DNA of 60,361 nucleotides, the filler included, from Aduncisulcus paluster (lineage: Eukaryota), in the NCBI GenBank assembly GCA_024181965.1. It is 4 parts of 4 records of this genome, joined end to end, with 100 filler letters (N's around TTAATTAATTAA, not from the genome) between each part and the next. Parts side by side here need not be neighbours in the genome. Positions count along the whole stretch, not along the records: positions 1 to 9,590 come from BQXS01010920.1; positions 9,691 to 33,678 come from BQXS01010921.1; 2 more parts are not named here. One strand, 5' to 3'. The translations under genes and the position numbers were made by a program. The notes under the pieces are model-generated. The model was not told the origin of the DNA and searched no databases. It worked only from the letters and a program-made list of their open reading frames with translations. Shown here in pieces: positions 1 to 10,857 of the stretch. Position 1 is the first letter of the stretch. Each line of letters opens with the position of its first letter.

Positions 1-122
1 GCAATTGCTAAGGTTTTTATTCATTTATAACTTACATTTTTAACAATTATTTTACTTAATTTATTAACAACTATATTCATTCATTTATTTTTTTATATTT
101 ATCAGAAGATCGAAGATGTCAT

Positions 123-141
123 TTTTTGGTGGGACACTCTG
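123..141 (-). mobile_element. Terminal inverted repeat (right end) of a DNA transposon extending off the window start
   Basis: TTTTTGGTGGGACACTCTG is the exact reverse complement of CAGAGTGTCCCACCAAAAA at 3605-3623, which precedes a hAT-like transposase ORF. It truncates the adjacent gag remnant. Confidence 0.7.
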
Positions 142-403
142 AATTTTTGTTTCTCCTCTGGCGACGCATCTGTCCTACTGTGTCCTTCTTTGGGCGTTTT
201 GTTGGGTCTTTTTTATAACAATTTTCTTCTGTGTGATCATATCTCTTACAGAACTCACATTTAACCCTCCCAGTCTTGTCTTTGTTGAAGCTTTGGTCTC
301 TTCTTCCATAGTGTCTGTGTTTCCTCTGGAAATTCTGCCAGAACTTCTCTACCAGCTTCCACCAATCAACCAATTCGTACCAAATAATATTCATAGATGT
401 CAA
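142..403 (-). pseudogene. LTR-retrotransposon gag remnant with CCHC zinc knuckle
   Basis: CEFCKRYDHTEENC matches CX2CX4HX4C; the frame runs into the TIR at 141. Confidence 0.7.
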
Positions 404-874
404 GAAAACAAAATAAATTCAAGTTGACGATCCAGAGCATTGTTAATTGCAAATATACAAGATAAAATAGAACAAAATTTATTGTAGATCAGAAAAGGAA
501 GAATCATCATCACTTCTAGCATCCCGATCCTGAGGATCGCTAATTGCATCGGCATTCTGAGATCGTACGTCGGACAGTTGGCTTGACGTTAATCCACTAT
601 GACCACTGGCAGAATTCGCTACGGAAATTTCTAGAACAGCCGTTGTCCAATCATCAATGCGCTGTAAATATAGATCTAACAGTTCGGACTCATCGGGAGT
701 AGGATGAAGCTCCTGCTTATACAGGTCTATCCTCCGTTTCAAGCTTGACGATTTCAGTTTTATATATGATAAGACATGTGAAGTCTTGGCTGCCAGGTGT
801 CATAAAACACGAAAATATCACCGTCGGGTTTATGATCGAACAGCGGCCCGAAATATGAATCTCGTCTAATTTCT

Positions 875-1490
875 TTGATGACGATTAAAAAATCAGTGAT
901 AACCCAAACTCCTCTTTGTAGAATCGTGAAGATCGTTGATTTAGAATTTCAAGAAAAAGTCAGAAATTTATTTAAGCCATTTAAGTTGATTCCAGCATCA
1001 TTATATAGGCATGAAGCACCCTTACTTGCAGAAGATCAAATCAATGTTGATTCTTACATAAAAGACAGAGAAATATCGTTAATTTTAGATAAGGCCACAT
1101 TCCGAGGTGTAAACGTTTTAGCAATAGTTGTGAAAACATCAAATCATATATATTCATTGAATTATGTAAATATATCCAAAATTAAAAAAGGATTTACAGA
1201 AGAATATTATTCTCAATCTCTCATATCCCAGAATCCGGCAAAAGGGACCAAAAGAAAAAGACAAGTTTCATCTCTACCCTCAATTAAGAACTCAAAAATG
1301 GTTGATACGGATGATGAAGAATTTGACAATCCTGCAAAAAATTCATTTCAGTCAAGACCAAAGAAAAAGTTGTATCAGAAGTTCTGAAAAAGTTAGAGAA
1401 ACATTGCATCCATTTATCAAATATAAATGTCATTACAAGAGATAGGGAACCAAACATGATTAGTATTTGCCAAAGTATAAGCCACGGTAA
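875..1490 (+). pseudogene. Frameshifted hAT-like transposase fragment
   Basis: ISLILDKATFRGVNVLAIVV (first catalytic Asp strand). After a frameshift near 1360 it reads VLKKLEKHCIHLSNINVITRDREPNMISIC (second Asp). Both motifs parallel the ORF at 3797-4927. Confidence 0.6.
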
Positions 1491-2017
1491 ATCGGTATTA
1501 ATGATATTATTGCATGGTATTTTTGGGACAATAGTGGCAGGATATATTGATATAGGAATGATAAAAGAATCATTATTTAAGAAGGCACTTGCAAGAGAAT
1601 TGAAAAGAAGTTATGCCGCCGAAAAAGAAACTGTAACAGCTTGTCGATACGAGTTTGCAGATTATTGCTTCAAGAGCAAGGGACATTCATTCTTTATTGG
1701 TTATAAGATGCATTGTCAGGGAGAATGGTTATGCAGGGTACCTGACCCTATGAACAACCCAAAAGTAATAAATTTGCTCACAGCAACATTGTTTGAGTAG
1801 GCCTAAATCACAGAATTTAAATTCTTTGCTATTATTCGAAAGAAATTGACCAATTTTTTTCTTAATTTATTCTACTAATAATAATCAGGCAAATACATGT
1901 GAGACTGTGCCAAATTTATTGTTTCTTGGAATCCTTACACTTCCCTTTTTTCATGCAGGGTCCTGCACCATCCTGCTACAATAAAATTTATAACTTCCGG
2001 AGACGACAACAAAACTA

Positions 2018-3100
2018 ATGTCCTATCCAAAAATAACATTATCTCTTGCGGAAAAAGCTACTGCTTTACAAGAAAACGAATTTTCCGGGAAGACGCTTTC
2101 GAAAGAAGAACGAACCCGACTTTTATGGGATTTGTTGGCTACTGACATCCCGGATGAGATTATATCAGCCTTCGCTGGAAAAAATCTTGGAATGTCCCAA
2201 AAGAAAGACATTATTAAAACAGAACCAGGATCATCGAAGAAGACGGAGAAAATTGTTACAGCACCAACAAAACCCTTATTAAAGTCATGCAGTCGTGACG
2301 ACTACAGAACGTTCGTCGACAAATTCGAGAAATACAGAACGGCTACTGGTGCGAGTTTCTCAGACGATTTCGTATCCACAAGAGCCTCCATGGAGTGGCT
2401 CGTCATGAAGCCAACCAGCTGTATGGGCGATATCTTTATTATTGGATTGAGGGATTACTATACCCCAGCGAGTTGGACCGAACTGGAGGGAAATCAGGAA
2501 GGCGTTTGCGAAAGGACTCGATCCCTCGAAAAGATCCGAGTGGCGATTACAGACATCGCTATTGAGGCAGCGTACTGCCGGGAGCTGTACGAATCTCGTC
2601 AGAGCGACGTGATCAGTCTTATTCTAAGCCGTATAACTAATTACGGACTGAAGAAATACGTTGAGAATGGTCTTAGAACTCCAAGACCAAACCTCAAGGA
2701 CATCCTAGAGAGAGCAATCGAGTACGATGAAAGAAGTATGATTGCTAGGGCGATGACCGACACCGACAAACGCTCTTCAAAAGATAAAAAAAGGCAATGG
2801 GAAGTATTGTCCCCATTGTAGGAAGAAGGGCCACACAAAGAAAGAATGCTTTAAACTCCATCCGGAGCTCAGAAAACAAAAAACTGGGAACGCTTCAGTG
2901 AGACGCACTTCCAGTAAAGAAGATGAGTACTACTTCACCCCGGAAGTTCGTAGAGTGGATTCTTTACCAGATGTCCTGATCCCGGTACTGCTGGACACGG
3001 GAAAACGCAACACCATACTAGATGCACTTGTGGACACAGGTACACTATACTGTTTCGTTAATTCAAGAATGTCCAAGAAAAATACGATTTTCTCGTGCAA
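2018..3100 (+). pseudogene. Ty3/gypsy-like gag - zinc knuckle - aspartic protease remnant
   Basis: Gag-like ORF 2018-2821. The +1 frame after the A7 run near 2786-2792 reads GKYCPHCRKKGHTKKECFKLHPELR (CCHC) and continues in frame to ALVDTGTLYCFVN (retropepsin DTG motif). Confidence 0.8.
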
Positions 3101-3265
3101 TATCATACAGAATATTGAACGAAGAATTAAAAAATCATTAGAACCTGTAAAAATCAAATTCCCATATTCGATTCTACTCGACAAATATCGAACATCAGTA
3201 GTACTGATGATTTAAATTAAGAATAAGCTTCGTTATTATGCAATTAGATATGTATATTTGTCTGA

Positions 3266-3370
3266 AATGCAGATCTTGATACTTTAACAAAGGCCATTCT
3301 TGAGGTCATTAAAACTGCAGGAATTGAGAAGAATAATATCTCATCTATCCTCACAGATGTCATGATTCTC
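3266..3370 (+). pseudogene. Short hAT-like transposase fragment
   Basis: Reads NADLDTLTKAILEVIKTAGIEKNNISSILTDVMIL, similar to ATDLAKAVTNLLLKHKIRKSSIVAIITDREPTMIL in the 3797 ORF. Confidence 0.5.
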
Positions 3371-3604
3371 ATATGATTCTATTTATAGACCATCATTCCA
3401 TCTGTATAAACAATAAATTTGGCTTAGTTTATTATTAATATATTGGGTAATTTATAATTTTGATATTGTATTTATATATTCTTTATTCCATATTCAATAG
3501 TGATAAGCCATTTTAGAACTCTTCATCATGTGGCGTGAGAAAATTTTATATCGCTATTGATTTAATCTGTTTCGTCCTACAACACACCATTTTAATTATT
3601 ATTC

Positions 3605-4927
3605 CAGAGTGTCCCACCAAAAATGGAGGTGTTTAAAAGTTTAATAAATAATATTTAATTATTCATATTTATGAATTGTCTGAATAAAAATATTAAAAGA
3701 AGTTGATATTATATCTTTTTCTTTTCATTACGAAGCATTTTTCAGACATGTCATTATTTCTCTATAAACACAATTATTTGAACTTAAATTAAGAAAATGG
3801 AAACCAATATACTACCATCTGATCTAATTGATAAAATTATGAAGGAAAAAATCAATGGTTCTACCGTTCTCAATCATCATCAAAAGAGACGGAAAATTTC
3901 TAAAGAGTCCCTGAGACTCCACATTCAAAACACCTTTTTCCTGACACCATCCAAAAAAGTCTATCGTAAAATTTGTGATTCTAACAGGTTATCAATTAAT
4001 TCTCGTTCTATTGCGTCCCATATGATCTCTAATTCTCATATAAGCAATATCTCTCCCCAGGAGTTACCTCTTAAACGAAGATACTCAGAATTAGAAGATT
4101 TAGCTTTAGCGAGAAGATATGCAGAACGCCTTATGGTCGATTCTCTTCTTAAAGTTGGATATTCTGTCTCTTCGATTGCTCTGATTTATAATATCCAATT
4201 AATAGCAGCAATTCAAGCAGTGAAGCAAAGTTTTCAGATCTCCAGATCTACAGCATACAGAATTAGGAATGATTTACTTAAAACAGAAGAACCTGGTGCA
4301 CTAATGGCCCATTTCCCAAATTTCTTTTCAATAATCCTAGATAAATTTAAATCGGGATTGAAACATATTTTATTTATTATGCTGTATTCTAATGATATTT
4401 GTTTGGCCTTTGATTTTGTTGACATTTCTGAATTAGTTAAGAAAAAATTATGTCATCATGAAATTGGTGAGGAAGAGGAGTCCGCGGGAGAATTTGAATC
4501 CGAAGATCCAGATAGCAGTATAATAGAAAGTGAGAATTCTGAAGATAATACCATTTATTTTGAACCCAGAGTGTCGATTGAAATGTTTTCTGCCCGAGCC
4601 ACTGATTTGGCCAAAGCTGTTACAAATCTTTTACTTAAGCATAAAATCAGAAAGTCAAGCATTGTGGCAATTATAACTGACCGAGAACCAACAATGATTC
4701 TCATCACAGAGACTCTGATTCGACAAGGTTTTGGGATGGTCAAAACCCACTGTACCTCCCATGTTATATCAATATTATTGCAAAGATTTACTAAATTAAG
4801 GCTTCCTACTATATCCCAGTTTATTCACAGAATTTCTAAATTCCTTGGTGTCCAAAAAGAGGCAAGATCCATGGAAAGAGATGTACTAGCTGAGCAAATT
4901 TACTTGAAAAAAGGACGAACCGTGTAA
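3605..4927 (+). mobile_element. 3'-truncated hAT-like DNA transposon: left TIR (3605-3623) plus transposase ORF 3797-4927
   Basis: TIR CAGAGTGTCCCACCAAAAA. The ORF has FSIILDK (D1), AIITDREPTM (D2) and the hAT CxxH motif HCTSHVISILLQ. The catalytic Glu region and right TIR were not found. Confidence 0.75.
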
Positions 4928-5945
4928 TCTAAAAATAGACTTCGAGAATTACAAAGAACAAGGAAATAAAATTAAAATAAGATAAAAATAATAAATGGAT
5001 ATTGAATATTGAACCGATTTTTTGCAACAATACTCTCTAAAGCGCCGTTTTATCCCTTTGGATGTTGCTTGAATTGAACTTATGGATCCATGATGTGTTT
5101 TAGCCGTGATGTGTGAAATGATTGAATTCTGATTATTATTAATACAAAGGTTGCAAATCGTACATCTTAATTTGGAGGAGGTTTCAAAAATTAAATGTTT
5201 TTGGTCATTTTCACCAATTTTTAAAATACGCGGATTGTGTAACTATAAGGTAATAAATAGACTTTCCTTATTTTCTTGCAATACTATTGTTGCAAATAAA
5301 TAGGGGTTGTTGCGAAACAACTTTATTGTTTTGAAACGATCGGCTTGTTGTGCAACATGTCTGTCTTTTTTGCAACAGCTCTAATATATTAAAAAAAATA
5401 TGGCCAGAAGATTTATAACAGAATTGTCGCAGGAAATTCATGATGTGTCTGGAGACATATCTGGATTAAGTGAAGAATCAGGATTTGAAGAAGAAACTGG
5501 AGATGATCAATTTGGGGAAAGAACTGTTAGTAATAGATTTTTACTGGAATTAATGTTGGATCGGTTGATTCAACTTAAATCAATGAAACGGCCGGGGATC
5601 GTCGTAGTAATAAAAACTTACACCTTTTGGTGACCCAAATTTACTTTCATCGGGGATTTAAACCCGGTATCGGATCAGGGCAATTATTCGTTTGCCTGAT
5701 GTTTATAACGACGAAATAAAAGATATAACAAAATATAAAATAGATAATACTATTATAAAAATCATTAGAAAAATAAAATAAATGTTCGTGAGAGAGATTC
5801 ACAAGATTGATCTCTTTTGCTCACGCTACATCAAGTAATTTTGCTAGCCCAAAGGATTCGCTACCCTTTGAATTAATCAAATTAACAATAATTATTGTTA
5901 AAATTAATATTTTAAATTTGATTTTATTATTTTGTTAACTTTTAT

Positions 5946-6960
5946 ATGCCGGTATTCCATTCCCCGCCCAACAAGCAGCCTGGCGGGACTGCCCCACCTT
6001 TAATCCAATATGGAACTAATTTGAACCCCTCTGAAGAGGAGGAGGAAAAATTCCTATGGAAGCAATGCTCCATAAACAACAAACTCAAATCGATGCACTT
6101 ACCGATGCTGTACAGAAGCTTACTTCAATGTTACAATCCATAGTGCAGAAAGAAACCCCCGTCAGTCACTCTTTGGCTCAAAAACATGAGTTGATTACTC
6201 CTACTCAAACGCCAAACTTAACTCACTCATGCCTACCTCTACCACGGAGCCGACCACCACCCAATCCTCTTGAAAGAGAGGAACTCGAACCTTTGGAGAG
6301 AAAAGAATTAGAACCTTCTTTGTTCCAGCCTGATATCTCTCCTCCAAATCCCTTTCACGTAGTCCCCATTCCTCCCCCGGTATTAACGGAAATCAACATA
6401 AAGAANNNNNNNNNNNNNNNNNNNNCTCCTACTCAAACGCCAAACTTAACTCACTCATGCCTACCTCTACCACGGAGCCGACCACCACCCAATCCTCTTG
6501 AAAGAGAGGAACTCGAACCTTTGGAGAGAAAAGAATTAGAACCTTCTTTGTTCCAGCCTGATATCTCTCCTCCAAATCCCTTTCACGTAGTCCCCATTCC
6601 TCCCCCGGTATTAACGGAAATCAACATAAAGAAATATCAGGATTTCATTGCTGAACACAAAGCTTATAAATTAAAGGGAGGTGGACAGCCCATAAGTCAA
6701 TGCTTATCAGCATCCGTATGTAGATTGCTAAAGTTCTATGCTCCTCCAGGTGCCAAAGACAAATCCTTACTTGACCTATTACAGGACCGATTAGCACCCA
6801 AAACAGATCAAGACTTATTCTCAAGACTCAAAGAAGTAGAAATGCAGTGGAACAACAACCTTGACTGTATCCACGATTTTAATGCACGCTTCTTGGCTGT
6901 TCTAGATTCAGGCGTTTCTCTGGCAAAACAGCGTCCGACGAGTATCGCAATGTATAGCCT
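5946..6960 (+). pseudogene. Ty3/gypsy-like gag remnant (frameshifted; inflated by assembly duplication at the 6406-6425 gap)
   Basis: PPVLTEINIKKYQDFIAEHKAYKLKGGGQPISQCLSASV motif shared with other gag copies here; Pro-rich N-terminus; abuts pol fragments. Confidence 0.65.
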
Positions 6961-7455
6961 CGTTCCAGCAATGTGATCAATACGTAATCATATTGTTGCA
7001 TAAACAGAAACCATCTGGCTATCTTGGTGTCTTGCTCTTTGCCATAAACTGTAGGTTTCTGTGGTCGGTCTGAATAGAGTAATGGGAAGTCCATAACAAA
7101 TGTCACGTAACTTTTCCAGACAAAACTTTATAGCAAAGCATTCCTTCTCGTTAATACTCCATTTTCTCTCAGCCTCAGTAAACGTTGCTAATGAAACGAA
7201 TAGTTCTTTCTTCAGGCCCATTCAGCTGTAACGGGACTCCACCAACTCTGTATCCACTAGCATCCGTACGAAGAACGAAAGGTAGGGAATAATCCACGTG
7301 ATGAAGAACTGGTCCTCAGGATAAAATGGTCTTGACTTCCTCGAACCAGCGTTCATTTCTTCAGTCCATTCGAAATCGACTTTGGACTTTGTTTTCTCTG
7401 TGAGCTTGGCCATAATGTCCTGGAACTTGGGTATAAATGCCCGATAATACTATTA
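6960..7455 (-). pseudogene. Ty3/gypsy reverse transcriptase thumb/connection and RNase H, multiply frameshifted
   Basis: Across frames: YYRAFIPKF..FEWTEE, PVLHHVDYSLPFVLRTDASGYRVGGV, AERKWSINEKECFAI, KIARWFLFMQQYDY. Confidence 0.9.
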
Positions 7456-7459
7456 TTGG

Positions 7460-8311
7460 AGGGAAGTTGTGGATTTCAGATCTCTGGATATTTCTTTATC
7501 AATTCCATAGCTTCTGGGAATGATGGGTCGACAGTAATTTTCGCCATCTCTTCCTCGGACGATCCTAAGCTTGTGGAACTTTTCGCCATGAACATTTCGT
7601 CCTCACCACATCTGGGATGGAATCTTCTAAGCGTGTCCCGATCGTTGTTTTCATGATTCCCGTCTGTAAACACCACTTTGAACCAATTACCATAGACTCA
7701 CCTGGAATTATAGCACTGGCTATGACCTGAATAGGTGCTTTGACTTGGTCTGCGGTTTTTATGTTCGTTGTTGTTAGACTAATCTTAAACATTTTTGGGT
7801 GAGTCTCTGAACGTCCATCATAAGATACAACAACAAGAACATCCAAATCAACCTCCTTAGCTCCAGTAAGCTTGCTTAACACTTCCGGTCAGCCATCTTT
7901 AACGCCTCCAATTCTTCATAAAGTTCAGTTTCATGACCCAGCTTGAAATGTGCGTCAAGTGAGTGCGATAACTTCGGTTTCATCAAAATCATCCACCTCT
8001 GTATCTATCATCATCTTCACAGTTTCAGATATGCATCCATAGGAGCTTGCTTTACCACCATCCCGCTTATAGGCTCTAAAGTCAGCTTTAAATTTGAAGT
8101 ATTCCTCCTTGCTGAAGTCCTTGAGAGTAGGAGCCTTTAAAACACTTGCTTCAGATCTCTTTGCACACTTCTTGCACTCCCGTCAATGGGAAGTGGTTCC
8201 ATTTTTTTGTTTCTGTAGTTCCTCGAGTACCAACCTTGCGGATTCCTTCAAATCCTTCGGTTTCTTCTCGGATCTGCTATAAGATTTTCTGAAATTTAGC
8301 TTTCCAGGCAT
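7460..8311 (-). pseudogene. Ty3/gypsy-like gag and protease-like remnant
   Basis: ATG at 8311; after an in-frame stop it reads APTLKDFSKEEYFKFKADFRAYKRDGGKASSYGCISETV (shared gag motif). A downstream segment ending VIGSKWC resembles a retropepsin C-terminus. Confidence 0.6.
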
Positions 8312-8443
8312 TGAAATTCTTGTTTCGAAAAAAATCACCGAATATAATCCCAATATCAATTTATGATGTGAAAAATTTTCCAACTAATTTTTCTAATTTT
8401 GTAGAATTTCAGTTAATATTAACTGTAACCGTTGGCAAATTTA

Positions 8444-8660
8444 TTAGTCGTTTACAATATCATCTTCTGACTGTTGAAAGTTTTTCTTCCAGTCTTCAGA
8501 TTGTTCACTTTGAGCAGCCTTGACGGCTTCAACTATTCTTTTTCCCGTATTGACTTCCCCAATCATGAGAAGATTACCTTGAAGTCTGCTTAGCCCGTCA
8601 GCTACTGCATTGTATACTCCTGGCATATGGTGTAATACAAACTGAAACTCGCTCAGAACA
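8444..8660 (-). pseudogene. Ty3/gypsy RNase H C-terminal fragment
   Basis: LSEFQFVLHHMPGVYNAVADGLSR matches the conserved HxPGxxNxxADxLSR motif. Confidence 0.85.
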
Positions 8661-8939
8661 CTTCTCGCAACTTATGAGAAGCCGGAACAAGCGGAAAGAA
8701 AGAGGCTCGACAACCAGGGATAAAAGGGAAAACGAAAGAAAAGAAAACGAAAGAAAATTATTAGAGCTGTAAAGGAAGGTAAAATAAGAACAAAACGAAA
8801 CGTACAAACGCAAAACGGAAGTTTGATAAATTGATCAAAATCGAATCACGATTTGTTCTCAATTTACATATCACAAACCGGGAAAAGTGATTAAAATTTA
8901 TGCCACCAAGGACAAGAAGAAATGTTACCGTTGAAAATG

Positions 8940-9590
8940 TCAATGAACAGGAAGAATCAGAGCGTTCGGAGGAAGAGGCGCCGGACACAACCGAAGAAGT
9001 GGCAGAGGCGCAGGAAGGAGTCTTGCTGGACGGGAAGATTTCTCTGAATAACGTCGTTTGTTTTTGTTTCTCTCAAACGATTGTCTGGGTGGTTCTGCCT
9101 CACCGTAACCAGCAGCATCCTCCTGTGCTTCGCTGACGATCTGACATTGTTCCAGAATTACCCTCGTAAAGTCAGATAGTGACTTATCCTCACACTGAAG
9201 TGCCACATCCAGTCTCGTACGAAAGCGAGATAATAGGATATTATCGAGCAGCGTTTTTACAATAATGTCCTCATTTAGGGGATCTTCCGGGTCCACAGTA
9301 TCAAGTAGTTGATGTAGGCGCTGTACAAAAAAACTGACAGAACGTTCGTCCGCCTTGCGGAGTTTTAAACGTTGTAATTCATATAATACGTCCAACGCGG
9401 ATTTTTTTCCATAAAAATCCGATATTTTTTTCAAGAAAACCTTCTCGGTAGCGACAGGAAGTCCATCATCAGCAGGATTTGGAATAGCTGGGTTCACAAG
9501 TTGACATTTCCCGATACTCTCGTAGATCTTCCGGATTGGTGCTGTAATACACACAAATAGGGCAGCTTTTCCATTCAGAGCTCGGTATCT
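8940..9590 (-). pseudogene. Ty3/gypsy-like gag remnant, cut by scaffold end
   Basis: RYRALNGKAALFVCITAPIRK matches the shared gag motif; helical capsid-like region follows. Confidence 0.55.
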
Positions 9591-9690
9591 NNNNNNNNNN
9601 NNNNNNNNNNNNNNNNNNNNNNNNNNNNNNNNNNTTAATTAATTAANNNNNNNNNNNNNNNNNNNNNNNNNNNNNNNNNNNNNNNNNNNN
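9591..9690. other. Artificial scaffold-concatenation spacer
   Basis: N44-TTAATTAATTAA-N44, giving stops in all six frames. Confidence 0.97.
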
Positions 9691-10322
9691 AAAATCTTGT
9701 GAATGTAACCAGATGACTCGGGAATCTTCAAAAGTGATTTTAATTTGCAAATTCCTTCGACTAAAGAATCTTTGTGAAGTTTATACCTGTAAAATAGAGG
9801 TATTCTATGGATAAAATGTAAATTGCTACAAATGACGGACCAATGTTTCTGAAAGTCATCCATCGAGACTTTTGAAATTTCTAATGCTTTCATAGACTTA
9901 TATAAAGAGGTGTAACATTCGTCAAATCCCTGATAATTAGTAAGAAACTCATATCCATTTAAAAATATACAATTGGCATAAGAATAAACAGAATGATATT
10001 GAAAACGTTCTGTAGTTGGAGTATTTCCTAATATAAGATCGGTAATATGTTGATAAACTAACCAATCAGTTTTGGGGAGAGAAGAAGCGAATTTTTTTAG
10101 CTCCTCTGAAGTATCAGAAAAACTTCTTGAATTTTCCATCAAATTCTTCTCAAATTTGTCACATATTTCATCTAATTTGTTCATTTTTTTGATATATGGG
10201 TTCACAGAATGTGAAGGAGTAGACGTAGAAACATCTTCAAGATCATCGTCGGACTCAGAGAGATTGAGCATCATAGATGTCTGAGTTTTAGGTCTAGGGA
10301 GGTAGTGGTGTTTTGGTGCCAT
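9691..10322 (-). CDS. Hypothetical protein, 3'-truncated at scaffold edge (possibly TE-derived)
   Basis: ATG-initiated open frame of about 210 codons running into the spacer; no recognised motif. Confidence 0.45.
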
Positions 10323-10857
10323 TGAAATCTAATTTAATGGTCCCAAATGTAAACAAATATCAATTTGGGGCTCGAAAGTATGAGGAATTATGATATGCTC
10401 AAAATAGGGGAGGATAGGACAATATACAAGATAAATTGTTTTGATAATGTTTATTTTTGCCCATAATATCGGGAATTTCACCATAATCCCATCGGAAAAT
10501 TTTTTTTCAAAAAATTGAGACAACAAAGGTATAGAGAAGAAATTTCCCTTGAAATATTTGTTTTGATGAATATGAAAGCCAATTTTAACTCTTCTTCTCT
10601 CCACAATTCTACCATAGCACATATAAATGCCCATTTACAAACCGGGTTTCTTTGTTTATCACTTGGGATGTTAAAAAATTCAGTTATAAATTAATTATCT
10701 TAATGAGCAGAAATTTTGTCCATTTTGAAGGGGTAGAATCCTATCGATGTTGATCTTTCGCCGAAAGGTCGATTGTGAATGCCGAGAATATTTGGTATTC
10801 TATATTATATTCATTTTAACTTTATTCAATCTCTATAATTAGATTGAACATAATTAG

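Noticed and set aside
5842-5860. Possible tRNA primer-binding site TGCTAGCCCAAAGGATTCG upstream of gag
   Set aside because: It lacks the TGG start, and no paired LTR could be delimited.
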